From an uncultured delta proteobacterium (GTDB lineage: Bacteria > Myxococcota > Myxococcia > SLRQ01), in assembly GCA_963727485.1 (NCBI GenBank), contig CAVSGM010000003.1:256001-320000 (forward strand): a stretch of 64,000 nucleotides of DNA. The letters run 5' to 3'. The translations under genes and the position numbers were made by a program. Positions 1 through 12,387 of this stretch are shown piece by piece. How positions within the stretch are numbered: the stretch's first letter is position 1; the number at the start of each line of letters is the position of its first letter. The notes beneath the pieces are model-generated. The model was not told where the DNA came from. It did no database searches and saw only the letters and a list, made by a program, of their open reading frames with translations.

Positions 1-183
1 CCGGTGCGCAACCCGGCCTTCGACGTGACCCCGGCGCGCCTGATCACGGCGATCGTCACCGAGCTCGGGGTCCTGCGTCCCCCCTACGATCGGGCCCTCG
101 CCGAGGCCCTGGACGGGGGGGCCGGACGGGGCCCGGGGCGGGCGCGTGGAAGCAGGCTTGACAAGCCGGCGGCCGCCGTCTAG
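1..183 (+). CDS. mtnA: 3' end of methylthioribose-1-phosphate isomerase (partial)
   Basis: Frame 1 reads [23 protein letters not shown] to TAG at 181-183; NPAFDVTP is the MtnA/eIF2B C-terminal motif. Confidence 0.85.
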   Translation, partial: PVRNPAFDVTPARLITAIVTELGVLRPPYDRALAEALDGGAGRGPGRARGSRLDKPAAAV

Positions 184-186
184 GTT
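158..186 (+). promoter_or_regulatory. sigma70-type promoter for rplU-rpmA
   Basis: TTGACA (158-163), 17-nt spacer, TAGGTT (181-186). Confidence 0.65.
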
Positions 187-247
187 CACGCGCTTCCGGG
201 CTCTCGAAGGGCCCGGGTTCACACGGATTTTCTGAAGGAGCACGGCG

Positions 248-553
248 ATGTACGCGGTGATCGCGACCGGCGGGAAGCAGTACCGGGTCAGCGAAGGCGA
301 CCTGGTGAAGGTCGAGAAGCTCGACGCCAAGGCGGGGGAGACCCTGACCTTCGAGCCTCTCCTGGTCGCGGGCGAGGGCGACGCCAAGGTCGGCGCCCCC
401 ACCGTCGACGGCGCCGCGGTGACCGCAGAGGTCATCCGTGAGGGCAAGCATCCCAAGGTCATCAGCTTCAAGCGCTGGGAGGGCGGCTGGTCCAGGATTC
501 GCGGCCACCGTCAGCAGTTCACCGAGCTGAAGATCACCGGCATCAAGGGGTAG
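248..553 (+). CDS. rplU: 50S ribosomal protein L21
   Basis: [14 protein letters not shown]...GHRQQFT; AAGGAG RBS. Confidence 0.98.
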   Translation: MYAVIATGGKQYRVSEGDLVKVEKLDAKAGETLTFEPLLVAGEGDAKVGAPTVDGAAVTAEVIREGKHPKVISFKRWEGGWSRIRGHRQQFTELKITGIKG

Positions 554-557
554 AACG

Positions 558-821
558 ATGGCGCACAAAAAGGGACAGGGCTCTTCGCGCAACGGCCGCG
601 ACTCCAACCCCAAGTACCTCGGGGTGAAGAAGTACGGCGGCGAGCACGTCATCGCCGGCAACATCCTGGTGCGTCAGCGGGGCACCCAGTTCCACCCCGG
701 CAAGAACGTCGGGATGGGGCGGGACCACACCCTCTTCGCCCTCGCCGAGGGCACCGTCGCCTTCGAGCGCCAGGGCCGGGATCGCAAGCGCATCTCGGTC
801 CACCCGGCCTCCGAGGGCTAG
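558..821 (+). CDS. rpmA: 50S ribosomal protein L27
   Basis: [16 protein letters not shown]...[10 protein letters not shown]. Confidence 0.99.
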   Translation: MAHKKGQGSSRNGRDSNPKYLGVKKYGGEHVIAGNILVRQRGTQFHPGKNVGMGRDHTLFALAEGTVAFERQGRDRKRISVHPASEG

Positions 822-860
822 CGCCCCGGGCCGCGAGGTCCGCGCGCGTCGGCGGGCACC

Positions 861-1916
861 ATGAAGTTCGTCGACGAGGTCCGCATCCGGGTGAAGGCGG
901 GCGACGGCGGCAAGGGCTGCGTCGCCTTCCGCCGGGAGAAGTACCGGCCCATGGGCGGTCCCTCCGGGGGGAACGGGGGCCGGGGCGGCAGCGTCGTCCT
1001 CGTCGCCGACCCCCAGCGGTCGACCCTCCTCGACTACCGCTACAACCCGCTCCAGCGCGCGCCGGCGGGCGAGCCGGGGATGGGCGACGATCGCTACGGG
1101 TCCGACGGCGGGGACCTGGTGCTCCCGGTGCCGCTGGGCACGGTGGTCCACGACGAGGACACCGGGGAGATCCTCGGGGACCTCGACCACGGGGGCCAGC
1201 GGCTGGTGGTCGCCGCCGGGGGGCGCGGGGGCATGGGCAACATGCACTTCGCCACCCCCACCAAGCAGGCCCCGCGCTACGCCCAGCCCGGGGAGCCCGG
1301 GGACGAGCGGAACCTGCGCCTCGAGCTCAAGCTCCTCGCCGACGTGGGGCTGGTGGGCTTCCCCAACGCCGGGAAGAGCACCCTGGTGAGCCGGGTGAGC
1401 GCCGCCCGCCCCAAGATCGCCGACTACCCCTTCACCACCCTGGCCCCGAGCCTGGGGATGGTGGACCACAAGGGGCGGCAGTTCGTCGTCGCCGACATCC
1501 CGGGGCTGGTCGAGGGCGCCGCCGAGGGCCGGGGGCTGGGCCACCAGTTCCTGCGCCACGTGGAGCGGTGCCGGGTGCTCATCCACCTCATCGACGGCGC
1601 CGCCGAGGGCGATCGCGACCCCGAAGGCGACCACCGGAAGATCCGCGAGGAGCTCGGCCGGTACTCCGAGCGCCTCGCGAGCAAGGCCGAGATCCTGGCG
1701 GTGAACAAGTGCGACCTCCCCGACGGGGACGCCGCCGCCGAGCTCCTGGAGGAGGCCCTGGGCCGGCCGGTGCGCCGGGTGAGCGCGGTCTCCGGTCTGG
1801 GGATCGAGGGCCTCCTCGACGAGACCATCGCCCGCCTCGACGAGGCGCTGGCTGCCGAGGCCGCCGAGGCCGCCGAGCGGGCATCCGCGGACGGGGACGA
1901 TCCCCCCGGCGAATAG
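861..1916 (+). CDS. obgE: GTPase ObgE/CgtA
   Basis: Gly-rich Obg fold, GFPNAGKST, DYPFTT, DIPG, NKCD; canonical synteny. Confidence 0.97.
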   Translation: MKFVDEVRIRVKAGDGGKGCVAFRREKYRPMGGPSGGNGGRGGSVVLVADPQRSTLLDYRYNPLQRAPAGEPGMGDDRYGSDGGDLVLPVPLGTVVHDEDTGEILGDLDHGGQRLVVAAGGRGGMGNMHFATPTKQAPRYAQPGEPGDERNLRLELKLLADVGLVGFPNAGKSTLVSRVSAARPKIADYPFTTLAPSLGMVDHKGRQFVVADIPGLVEGAAEGRGLGHQFLRHVERCRVLIHLIDGAAEGDRDPEGDHRKIREELGRYSERLASKAEILAVNKCDLPDGDAAAELLEEALGRPVRRVSAVSGLGIEGLLDETIARLDEALAAEAAEAAERASADGDDPPGE

Positions 1917-1957
1917 GATCGGCCCCGCGCGCGTCAACGAGGGACAAGGAGACCGAC

Positions 1958-2705
1958 ATGACCCGCTCGACCCGACTCGCCGTGAGCCTCCTCGCCGCCG
2001 CCGGCCTCGCCCTCGCCGCCGCGCCCGCCCTCGCCGCCGCGCCCGGCCTGGCCGATGGGACCGCCCCGGCCGCGAAGACCGCCAAGGCGGGCAAGACCCC
2101 CGCCGCGCCCCGGGGCCACGTGGCCAAGGACGCCCGGGCCCTGGTGGCGAAGGTCCAGGCGTTCTACGAGCACACCCGCGCCTTCCAGGCGAGCTTCGAG
2201 CAGACCTACACCTACAAGGCCTTCCACCGGAAGATGCACTCGGCGGGGACGGTGGCCTTCAAGAAGCCGGGCCTGATGCGCTGGGACTACCAGACCCCGC
2301 GGAAGAAGAGCTTCATCGTCGACGGCCACGACCTGTGGATCTGGACCCCCGAGGACATGGAGGTCATCCGCCGCAAGGGCTTCTCCACCAACCAGCTGTC
2401 GACCTCCATCACCTTCCTCTGGGGCAAGGGGCGCCTCGCCGACGAGTTCGACATCGTCCGGGACGGCAAGGACGGCCTGAAGCTCACGCCCCTGACCCCC
2501 CAGGGCTTCGCCTCGGTGCGCTTCCAGGTGGATCCGCAGGACCGGCCAGGTGCGCGCGTCCACGGTCATCGACGCCCAGGGCAACGAGAACCGGATCGTG
2601 TTCACCTCGGTTCAGCTGAACGCGACGCTCCCCGACAGCCGGTTCCACTTCACCCCGCCGAAGGGCGCCGAGGTGAAGGAGCTGACGAGCCGGGGGCTCA
2701 ACTAG
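1958..2705 (+). CDS. lolA: outer-membrane lipoprotein carrier LolA family (+1 frameshift near 2540)
   Basis: Signal peptide, FKKPGLMRWDY; continues in shifted frame IDAQGNENRIVF...RFHFTPPKGAEV to TAG 2703-2705. Confidence 0.8.
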
Positions 2706-2714
2706 CCGAAGGCG

Positions 2715-4323
2715 CTAGATCCCCAGCGAGTCCCAGAAGTCGCACTTGGACTCGCGCACCCCCACGGTGGTGGTGATGGGGTCGTCGAAGACCAGGGTCT
2801 GGCGCACCGCGTCGGTGTAGGGCGCCCACTGGGGCACTCCGTCGCCGTTGGGATCGCCGGTGGCGGCGAGGTTCTTCCACCCCTGCTGCATCGCGGTGAC
2901 GATCTTCTGCTCCCCGGGGGTGAGGCTGAAGCCGATGTCCGCGGCGTGGTCGAAGAGGTAGAAGAGCTCGACCCCGTGGGTGGGGGCGACGGTCCCGCCG
3001 GTCATGTGGGTGAAGAAGTAGCGGCGCACCGGCTCGCTCTGGCTCTTCGACGCGGCGTTGAGGGCCCGGCGGGTGGGGCAGGTGAAGGCGACGTCGGTGA
3101 CCACCTGGATCTCGGCGGCCTTGGGGTTCGCGTAGTCGCTCGCCGGGTACTCCTGGAGGATCTGGTCGCCGGCGGTCTGGCCGAAGAAGGTGTGGATGTC
3201 GTTCTGGTAGGTGGCCTCGTCGGGGACGTTGCCCACGAAGAGGGCGCCCTCGTCGGCGTTGGTGCCCATGAGGAACGGGACGTGGTTCTGCTCCCCGGCG
3301 GTGATGGCGTCGAGGGGCATCTTGGGCACCACGTAGCCGTCGATGGTGACCCCGAAGTTGTCGCCCCCGGCGATGCCCCCCGCCGGTGGGAGGTCGGTGA
3401 CCAGCTTGTCCGCGGGGACCGCGCGCATGCAGGCCACCTTGTCCGAGGCCTGGTCGCACCCGGCGGCGGCGAGCGACCCGGTGGCGTACTGCTCCCGGGT
3501 GGCCAGGGGCTCGAACGGCGAGCCGTCGCAGAGCCCGCTCTCCATCAGGGCCGCGGAGAACAGGCCCTTGCCCAGCGGCGAGGCGTAGAGGGCGCAGGTG
3601 TCGATGGCGCCGGCGCTCTCCCCGAAGAGGAGGACGTGGGCCGGGTCGCCCCCGAAGGCCGCGGCGTTGGCCTTGACCCACTTGAGGGCCTGGAGCTGGT
3701 CCTGGATCCCGTAGTCGCCGGCGGAGCCGTGGGGGTCCTCGGCGGCGAGCCCCGGGAGGGCGTAGAAGCCAAAGGGCCCGAGGCGGTAGTTGATGGTGAC
3801 CACCACCGCGCCGGTGGCCGTGGCGAGGTTGGCGGCGTCGTAGAGCTTGGTGCCGTAGATCTCCGCCGACGCCGAGCCGTTGATGTTGCTGCCGCCGTGG
3901 ATGAAGAAGAGCACCGGGCGCTGGTCCCCGGGCTGGGCGGCGGTGGGGGTCCAGACGTTGAGGTAGAGGCAGTCCTCGCTCCCGGTGGCGTGACCGCTGG
4001 CGTCGAGCTGCTCGCACATGTCGGAGAAGGTGTTCGCCTGGAGGGTGCCCGAGAGGCAGGCGGGGTCGGTGGGCGGCTTCCACCGGAGGTCGCCCACCGG
4101 CGGGGCGGCGTAGGGGATGCCGAGGAAGGCGTAGGTGTCGCCCTCGGCGTGGCCCTTGACCGGGCCGAGGTCGGTGATGGCGAGGCCCGGGGCCGCCTGC
4201 GACCGAGGTGGGGCAGCGGCCCCCCGTCCCGCCGTCGGTGCCACCCCCGCCTCCTCCGGCGCTGCCGCAGGCGGCGAGGACGAGGACCGGGACCAGGGCG
4301 ACGAGGGAGCGGGTGGCGGGCAT
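2715..4323 (-). CDS. type-B carboxylesterase, lipoprotein (frameshift near 4200)
   Basis: FLGIPYAAPP, SEDCLYLNVW, FGESAG, HGVEL; lipobox LAAC lies in the adjacent frame starting at 4323. Confidence 0.85.
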
Positions 4324-4388
4324 GGCCGGGACCCTACCACCCGCAGCGGCGCCGGGAAGTCCCCCGGACGCAGTCCGCGCTCAAGGCG

Positions 4389-5279
4389 TCAGCGGGACCT
4401 GGCCCGGGGATCCAGCTTGTCCCGGAGCCCGTCGCCGAGGAAGTTGAAGCCCAGCACGGTGATCACCACCGCGATCCCCGGGAAGGTCGCCAGGTGGGGC
4501 GCCACCACCAGGTACTGCGAGCCGGCCTCGAGGAGCGCGCCCCAGCTCGGGGTCCCCGGGGGCACCCCGAGGCCGAGGAACGAGAGGGCCACCTCGGCGA
4601 GGATCACCGCCGGGAGCCCGAAGGTCGCCTGGACGATCACCGGCCCGGCGATGTTGGGGATGAGGTGGCGGAACACGATCCGCGGGGTGCCGGCGCCCAG
4701 CGCCCGGGCGGCGGTGACGTACTCGCGCTCGCGGACCGCCAGCACCTGCCCCCGGGCCAGGCGCGCGTAGCCGACCCACCCGGTGAGCGCCAGGGCCAGG
4801 ACCACGTGGTCGAGGGCGGGGCCGAGGACCGCGGTGATGAAGATGGCCAGCAGGATCCCCGGGAAGGCGAGCACCACGTCGACCACGCGCATCAGCGCCT
4901 CGTCGGCGAGCCCCCCGAGGTAGCCGGCGACGGCGCCGAGGCCCACGCCGACGGTCAGGGAGATGGCGGTGGTGGCGATGGCGACGTAGAGGGAGATCCG
5001 GGCGCCGTAGAGGACGTGGGTGAGGACGTCGATGCCGTTGTCGCCGGTGCCGAAGAGGTGGCGCGCCGAGGGGCCCTGGAGCTCGTGGGCCAGGTCCATG
5101 GCGCTCGGCGCGTAGGGCGAGAGCCAGGGCGCCAGGAGCGCCACCAGGCTCACCATCACCACGATGGCGACGCCGATCCACATCAGGAGGTCCCGGGAGA
5201 GCGCCCGGCGCCACCGGGTCGCCCGGGGGGGCAGGGGCCGGGCCACGGCCGCCTCGGGCCCGCCGGTGGCGAGGCTCAC
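4389..5279 (-). CDS. peptide/nickel ABC transporter permease (DppC-like)
   Basis: HLFGTGDNGID, EYVTAARALGA, LSFLGLG, LGDGLRDKLDPR. Confidence 0.92.
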   Translation of the reverse strand: MSLATGGPEAAVARPLPPRATRWRRALSRDLLMWIGVAIVVMVSLVALLAPWLSPYAPSAMDLAHELQGPSARHLFGTGDNGIDVLTHVLYGARISLYVAIATTAISLTVGVGLGAVAGYLGGLADEALMRVVDVVLAFPGILLAIFITAVLGPALDHVVLALALTGWVGYARLARGQVLAVREREYVTAARALGAGTPRIVFRHLIPNIAGPVIVQATFGLPAVILAEVALSFLGLGVPPGTPSWGALLEAGSQYLVVAPHLATFPGIAVVITVLGFNFLGDGLRDKLDPRARSR

Positions 5280-6211
5280 GCGCGCCCTCCGTCCACCCGG
5301 ATCCGCGGGTCGACCACCGCGTAGGCGAGGTCGGTGAGGAGGTTGACCCCGATGTAGAGGACGGTGAACACCAGGACGCAGGCGCGGACGGTGTTGTAGT
5401 CGCGGGCCTGGATCGCCGAGAGCAGCAACGTGCCCATCCCCGGCCAGTTGAACACCTTCTCGGTGACGATGGCCCCGGCGAGCAGCGCCCCGAACTGGAG
5501 GCCGATGATGGTGATCACCGGGATCAGGGCGTTGCGCAGGGTGTGGCGCCAGACCACGGCGCGCTCCGAGAGCCCCTTGGCCCGGGCGGTGGTGACGAAG
5601 TCCTCCCGGTCCACGTCGAGGTAGGCCGACCGGGTCATCCGCGAGAGCATCGCGGTCATGGCCAGGCCCAGGGTCAGCGCCGGGAGGAGGATGTGCCGGG
5701 GGCTGGCGTCGCCGAGCGCCGGGAGCCAGTCGAGGTCCACGGCGAACACCAGCACCAGCACCGGGCCCAGCCACGATCGGGGCACGCTCACCCCCATCAG
5801 CGAGAACACCATCCCCGCGTGGTCGGCGACGGTCCCCCGTCTTCGGGCGGTCCCGACCCCCAGGGGGATCGCCAGGGTGATGGCAAACGCCATGGCCACC
5901 ACCGCCAGGAGCATCGTCCGGGGGAGCTTCTCGCCGATCTCCGGGAGCACCTTCTGGTGGAAGGGCGGGAGCGAGGTCTTGAGGTCGCCTACGGCGAGGT
6001 CCCGGACGAAGTGCCACACCTGGGCCGGGGGCGGCTGGTCGAGGCCGATGGCGTGGCGCAGGGCGGCGCGGTCGACGTTCCCCGCCTGCTCCCCGAGCAT
6101 CACCTCCACCGGGTCCCCGGGGATGAAGTCGAGGAAGAGGGTGACCACCAGGACGGCCCCCAGGAGGCTCACCAGGGCGGCGGCGAGGCGGCGGACCAGA
6201 AACCGGCTCAT
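5276..6211 (-). CDS. peptide/nickel ABC transporter permease (DppB-like)
   Basis: IPGDPV, DFVTTARAKGL, HTLRNAL, EKVFNWPGMG, DPRIR. Confidence 0.92.
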   Translation of the reverse strand: MSRFLVRRLAAALVSLLGAVLVVTLFLDFIPGDPVEVMLGEQAGNVDRAALRHAIGLDQPPPAQVWHFVRDLAVGDLKTSLPPFHQKVLPEIGEKLPRTMLLAVVAMAFAITLAIPLGVGTARRRGTVADHAGMVFSLMGVSVPRSWLGPVLVLVFAVDLDWLPALGDASPRHILLPALTLGLAMTAMLSRMTRSAYLDVDREDFVTTARAKGLSERAVVWRHTLRNALIPVITIIGLQFGALLAGAIVTEKVFNWPGMGTLLLSAIQARDYNTVRACVLVFTVLYIGVNLLTDLAYAVVDPRIRVDGGRA

Positions 6212-7806
6212 CGCGCCGCTCCCGTCGCCGCCGGCGCCACCCGGGCCCGGGCCAGCGACCCCAAGAACCCGAAGGGCGAGACGTCGAAGTCCCGGAGGCG
6301 CCGGCTCATCACCGCCACCGTGTCCTCGTGCCACAGGCTCACGTAGGGGAGGTCGTGGGCGAGGATGCGCTGCACCTGCCCGTAGAGGGCGGCGCGCTTC
6401 GCCGGGTCGAGCTCGGAGGCGGCGGCGTCGGTGAGCTGGTCGATCCGGGGGTTCACGTAGCCCCCGCGGTTCCCCCCGACCCAGTGGTTCGCCTCGGTGG
6501 GGATGGCGCTCGAGGCGAAGACCCAGTGGAAGAGGTGGGGCTCGATCACCGGGGTCCACTTGAGGGTGGTGATCTGGAACCGGCCCCGCTTGATGTCGCC
6601 GTAGAAGGTCCCCCACTCGTAGCTCTCGAGCTTCACCCCGATGCCCACCCGCTCGAGGTCCCGGGCGATCACCAGGGCCACCGACTGCCGGAACCGGTCG
6701 GTGGAGGTCTTGTAGCTGACGGTGAAGCGCATCTTCGGCCCGTCGCCGTCGGGGTCGGGGTAGCCGGCGGCGTCGAGCAGCGCCTTGGCCTTCGCCGGGT
6801 CGTAGTCGTAGACCTGCGACGGCGCGTAGGCCCAGTGGCCCCGGGGGAGCATGCCGGTGGCGAGCTCGGCCGCCCCCTTGAACTTGTACTTGACGATCTC
6901 GGCGCGATCGATGGCGTGGGCCACCGCCTCCCGGACCCTCAGGTGGGCGAGGACCGGGTCCCGGAGGTTGAAGGCGAGGTAGGCGTAGCCGGCGCCGGGG
7001 CGGTGGACCACCCGGAGGCGCGGTGAGGCCTCGAGGCGCGGGAGGAGCACCGGGCTGATGGCGTTGACCACCAGGTCCGCGTCGCCGTGGAGGAGCGAGA
7101 GCACCCGGGTGGTCTCGTCGCGGACCACCACGAACTCCAGCTCCCGGATCGCCGGCTTGCCCCCGTAGTAGTGGGCGAAGGGCCGGAGGACGAGGTGCTC
7201 CTGGTCCGGGCGGCTGGCGAGCTCGAAGGGCCCGGCCCCCACCGGGTGGTCGGCGAAGCGCTTGCGGTAGGCGGGGTCTTCGAGCTTCGCCGGGACGATG
7301 CCCATGGTCAGGTCGAGGAGGAGCGGGGCGAAGGGCTTGGACAGCTCGATGTCGACGGTGAGGGGGTCGACGGCGACGACCTGCGCGATCTCCTGGTACT
7401 GCGGCGCCAGCGGCGAGCCGACCTTGGGGTCCTTGAGGCTCTGGTAGGTGTAGACGACGTCCCGGGCGGTCAGCGGGCTTCCGTCCTGGAAGGTGAGCCC
7501 GGGCCGGAGGTGGAAGCGGTAGCGGGTGGGCCCGACGCGCTCGAAGCGCTGGCAGAGATCGGGGACCGCCTTCCCCGAGTCGTCGATGCGCAGCAGCCCC
7601 GGCTCGATGAGGCTCGACACCCGCTGGGCGTTCACCGAGAGGGCGAAGCGCCGGTCGAGGGTCTCGGGGGCGCTCTCCAGGAGCACCACCACCTGTCCCG
7701 GGGGCCGGGGTCGGGCGCCACACACGCACCCACCGCCGCCCACCCCGACCAGGGTCAGGAGCAGCGCCAGGTGGTGCCGTCGCTTTGCGGGGGGGTGGCG
7801 GAACAT
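6208..7806 (-). CDS. peptide ABC transporter substrate-binding protein (family 5)
   Basis: LRPGLTFQDGSPLTARDVVYTY, VGAGPF, YDPAKAKALL. Confidence 0.92.
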   Translation of the reverse strand: MFRHPPAKRRHHLALLLTLVGVGGGGCVCGARPRPPGQVVVLLESAPETLDRRFALSVNAQRVSSLIEPGLLRIDDSGKAVPDLCQRFERVGPTRYRFHLRPGLTFQDGSPLTARDVVYTYQSLKDPKVGSPLAPQYQEIAQVVAVDPLTVDIELSKPFAPLLLDLTMGIVPAKLEDPAYRKRFADHPVGAGPFELASRPDQEHLVLRPFAHYYGGKPAIRELEFVVVRDETTRVLSLLHGDADLVVNAISPVLLPRLEASPRLRVVHRPGAGYAYLAFNLRDPVLAHLRVREAVAHAIDRAEIVKYKFKGAAELATGMLPRGHWAYAPSQVYDYDPAKAKALLDAAGYPDPDGDGPKMRFTVSYKTSTDRFRQSVALVIARDLERVGIGVKLESYEWGTFYGDIKRGRFQITTLKWTPVIEPHLFHWVFASSAIPTEANHWVGGNRGGYVNPRIDQLTDAAASELDPAKRAALYGQVQRILAHDLPYVSLWHEDTVAVMSRRLRDFDVSPFGFLGSLARARVAPAATGAAR

Positions 7807-7909
7807 GCTAGCCTCGCTTCTCGTCGTAGTCGCCATGTCCGATGCGGGTCAACGCCCGCGACCCGTGCCCGACCACCCCGCTCGGACGGGTGTCGGGGGA
7901 AGCGCCGCG

Positions 7910-10231
7910 ATGACCCGGATGAAGATCCGATCAGCAGCATGGATGGCCGCCGTGATCGTGGCGGCGGTGGGCCGCGTCGCCCTGGCGGGCCCGGTGGGTC
8001 CGGACCCGCGCCTCACCCGCGATCCCAGCCCCCAGGCGAAGCACGCCGCCCGTCAGGCGCTCACCCACGCCCTCGACCACCTGGTGGCCACCACCGATCT
8101 CGCCCACGCCCGGGTGGGGATCGCGGTGTACTCCCTCACCGACCACCAGGAGATCTACGGCCACGACCCCGGGGCCCTGCTCAACCCGGCGTCCAACGTG
8201 AAGCTGTTCACCTCGGCGGCGGCCCTGGAGCTCCTCGGCCCGGCGTTCCGCTTCGACACCGAGCTCTACGTGAGCCACGCGCCCGACGCCAAGGGCGTCA
8301 TCCACGGCAACCTCTACGTCAAGGGCAAGGGCGACCCCACCTTCACCACCGAGCGGATGCACCGCCTGGTCGACGACCTGTGGCAGCTCGGGATCCGCAA
8401 GATCACCGGGCACCTCGTCCTCGACGACACCTACTTCGACGACCACCGCCTGGGCCCCGGGTGGGAGCAGGACGACTCGGACCACGCCTACATCGCCCCC
8501 ACCGGGGCCCTCTCCTTCAACTACAACTCGGTGGCGGTCCACGTCCGCCCCGGCCCGAGGGTCTGGCACCGGGCGGTGGTCACCGTCGATCCCGACTCCC
8601 GCTACTTCATCGTGAAGAACCGGGTGGTCACCGGCTCCCGCCGCTCCCGCCGGCGCCACTTCACCGCCAGCGTCGACGACGGGATCCACCAGGAGATCGA
8701 GGTCCACGGGGTCGAGCCCATCAACCGCGACGGCGCCGTCTACTACCGCCGCGTCGGCAACCCGCCCATCTACTTCGGCGACACCCTGGTGGCCTTCCTG
8801 GGGCGCCGGGGCATCCGCGTCTCCCACCACCAGCCGGTCCTGGGCGCGGTCCCCGACGCCGCCGAGCTCCTCTACCGCTCCGAGAGCCACCGCCTCGCCG
8901 ACATCGTGGAGACCATGGACAAGGTCTCCAACAACCACATGGCCGAGCAGATCCTCAAGACCCTGGGCGCCGAGGTCATGGGGGTGCCGGGGAGCTGGCC
9001 CAAGGGAGTGGCGGCGGTGGAGCGTTGGCTCGCCGAGCGCGTCGGGGTCCCCCGGGGCAGCTACGTGATGAAGAACGGCTCCGGGCTCAACGACACCAAC
9101 CGCTTCAGCGCCCGGCAGATCACCGAGGTCCTCGCCCACATGTGGCGCCACTTCCAGGTGATGCCCGAGTACGTCTCGGCGCTCCCGGTGGCCGGCCGCG
9201 ACGGCACCGCCCGCTACCGCCTCGACGGCACCCCCGCGGCGGGAATCCTCCGGGCCAAGACCGGCACCCTGGAGAACGTCTCGGCGTTCTCGGGCTACGT
9301 GGCCACCGCCGACGGGGAGGTGCTGGCCTTCTCCATCCTGGTCAACGACTACCCCGGTCGCTACAGCCAGGTCATCGACGGCATCGACTCGGTGGCCGAG
9401 GCCATCTCCGAGTACGCCCGGCCCCGGTCGGCGACCCCGGCCACCGCGGTGGCGGTCACCGACACCCCCCTGACCCCGGCGGAGGTCGCGGCGAAGGTGG
9501 GCACCTACCTCGCCCTGGGCCAGGCCGCCGACCCCCACAACGTCCGCTTCCTCCGCACCGCCCTGCGCACCGAGCACGACCCGCTCATCCGCGCGGTGAT
9601 CGCCGAGGCCATCTACCGCTCCGACGCCGACCTCGGCGAGCGGCTGCTCCTCGACGAGTACCAGCCCACCGCCGACCTGGTCCGCCGGCTCCACCAGGTG
9701 GCCCGGAAGGACGAGACCTCGCCCACGCCGGTGATCACCTCGGTGGCCGATCTCGCCGCCGAGGGCGACGCCCGGGCGCTGGCCGAGCTCCTCCAGACCG
9801 CCCACCTCGCCCAGGGCGCCGAGGGCCTCAAGGCCGAGCTCGCCGAGACCCTGGTGGAGGTGGCGCGCACCGCGCCCACCGAGATGCTCCACGCCCTCAC
9901 CGGCGCCGACCCGAAGGTGGGGCGCGACGCCCTGGCCCTCTTCGTCCGGGGCCTGCGGATGGAGAAGGAGTCCCCGGGCCACCACCCCTTCGTCCGGGCG
10001 CTCCTCTCGGCGGCCAAGGCCCCGGCCACCGCCGTCGACGGCGCCGACGACCCGACCCAGGCGGTCACCGCCGCCCGGGTCCAGGCCCTCGCCGCCGCCT
10101 TCGAGGGGCTCCTTCGGGCCCCGCCGGTGGTCGCCGCCGCCAAGGCCCCGGCGCCGCCCACCGCCCCGCCGGCCGGCCCCCAGGATCGACGCGCCGACGG
10201 CCCGCCGAGCACCGGCGCCGGCGGCGGCTGA
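7910..10231 (+). CDS. dacB: D-Ala-D-Ala carboxypeptidase/endopeptidase (PBP4) with long helical C-terminal extension
   Basis: PASNVK (SxxK), SNN, NGSGL, KTGTL; start approximate. Confidence 0.9.
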   Translation: MTRMKIRSAAWMAAVIVAAVGRVALAGPVGPDPRLTRDPSPQAKHAARQALTHALDHLVATTDLAHARVGIAVYSLTDHQEIYGHDPGALLNPASNVKLFTSAAALELLGPAFRFDTELYVSHAPDAKGVIHGNLYVKGKGDPTFTTERMHRLVDDLWQLGIRKITGHLVLDDTYFDDHRLGPGWEQDDSDHAYIAPTGALSFNYNSVAVHVRPGPRVWHRAVVTVDPDSRYFIVKNRVVTGSRRSRRRHFTASVDDGIHQEIEVHGVEPINRDGAVYYRRVGNPPIYFGDTLVAFLGRRGIRVSHHQPVLGAVPDAAELLYRSESHRLADIVETMDKVSNNHMAEQILKTLGAEVMGVPGSWPKGVAAVERWLAERVGVPRGSYVMKNGSGLNDTNRFSARQITEVLAHMWRHFQVMPEYVSALPVAGRDGTARYRLDGTPAAGILRAKTGTLENVSAFSGYVATADGEVLAFSILVNDYPGRYSQVIDGIDSVAEAISEYARPRSATPATAVAVTDTPLTPAEVAAKVGTYLALGQAADPHNVRFLRTALRTEHDPLIRAVIAEAIYRSDADLGERLLLDEYQPTADLVRRLHQVARKDETSPTPVITSVADLAAEGDARALAELLQTAHLAQGAEGLKAELAETLVEVARTAPTEMLHALTGADPKVGRDALALFVRGLRMEKESPGHHPFVRALLSAAKAPATAVDGADDPTQAVTAARVQALAAAFEGLLRAPPVVAAAKAPAPPTAPPAGPQDRRADGPPSTGAGGG

Positions 10232-10372
10232 CCGTGACCCCCGGGTTTGCCCCGGGCATGACCGGAACCCGGACATCCCCCATTGTCTAGGTTTATATAC
10301 CTAGTATAGACAGGAGGGAATCGGCGGCTCGTTGGCAGGCCGCCGGCGACCCGACAAGCGATGGGAGGCCGG

Positions 10373-12367
<1,995 letters not shown>

Positions 12368-12387
12368 ACGGGCACCCGGCGCGGGGA

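Noticed and set aside
10284..10312. dif site
   Set aside because: No TTATGTTAAA-like XerD arm
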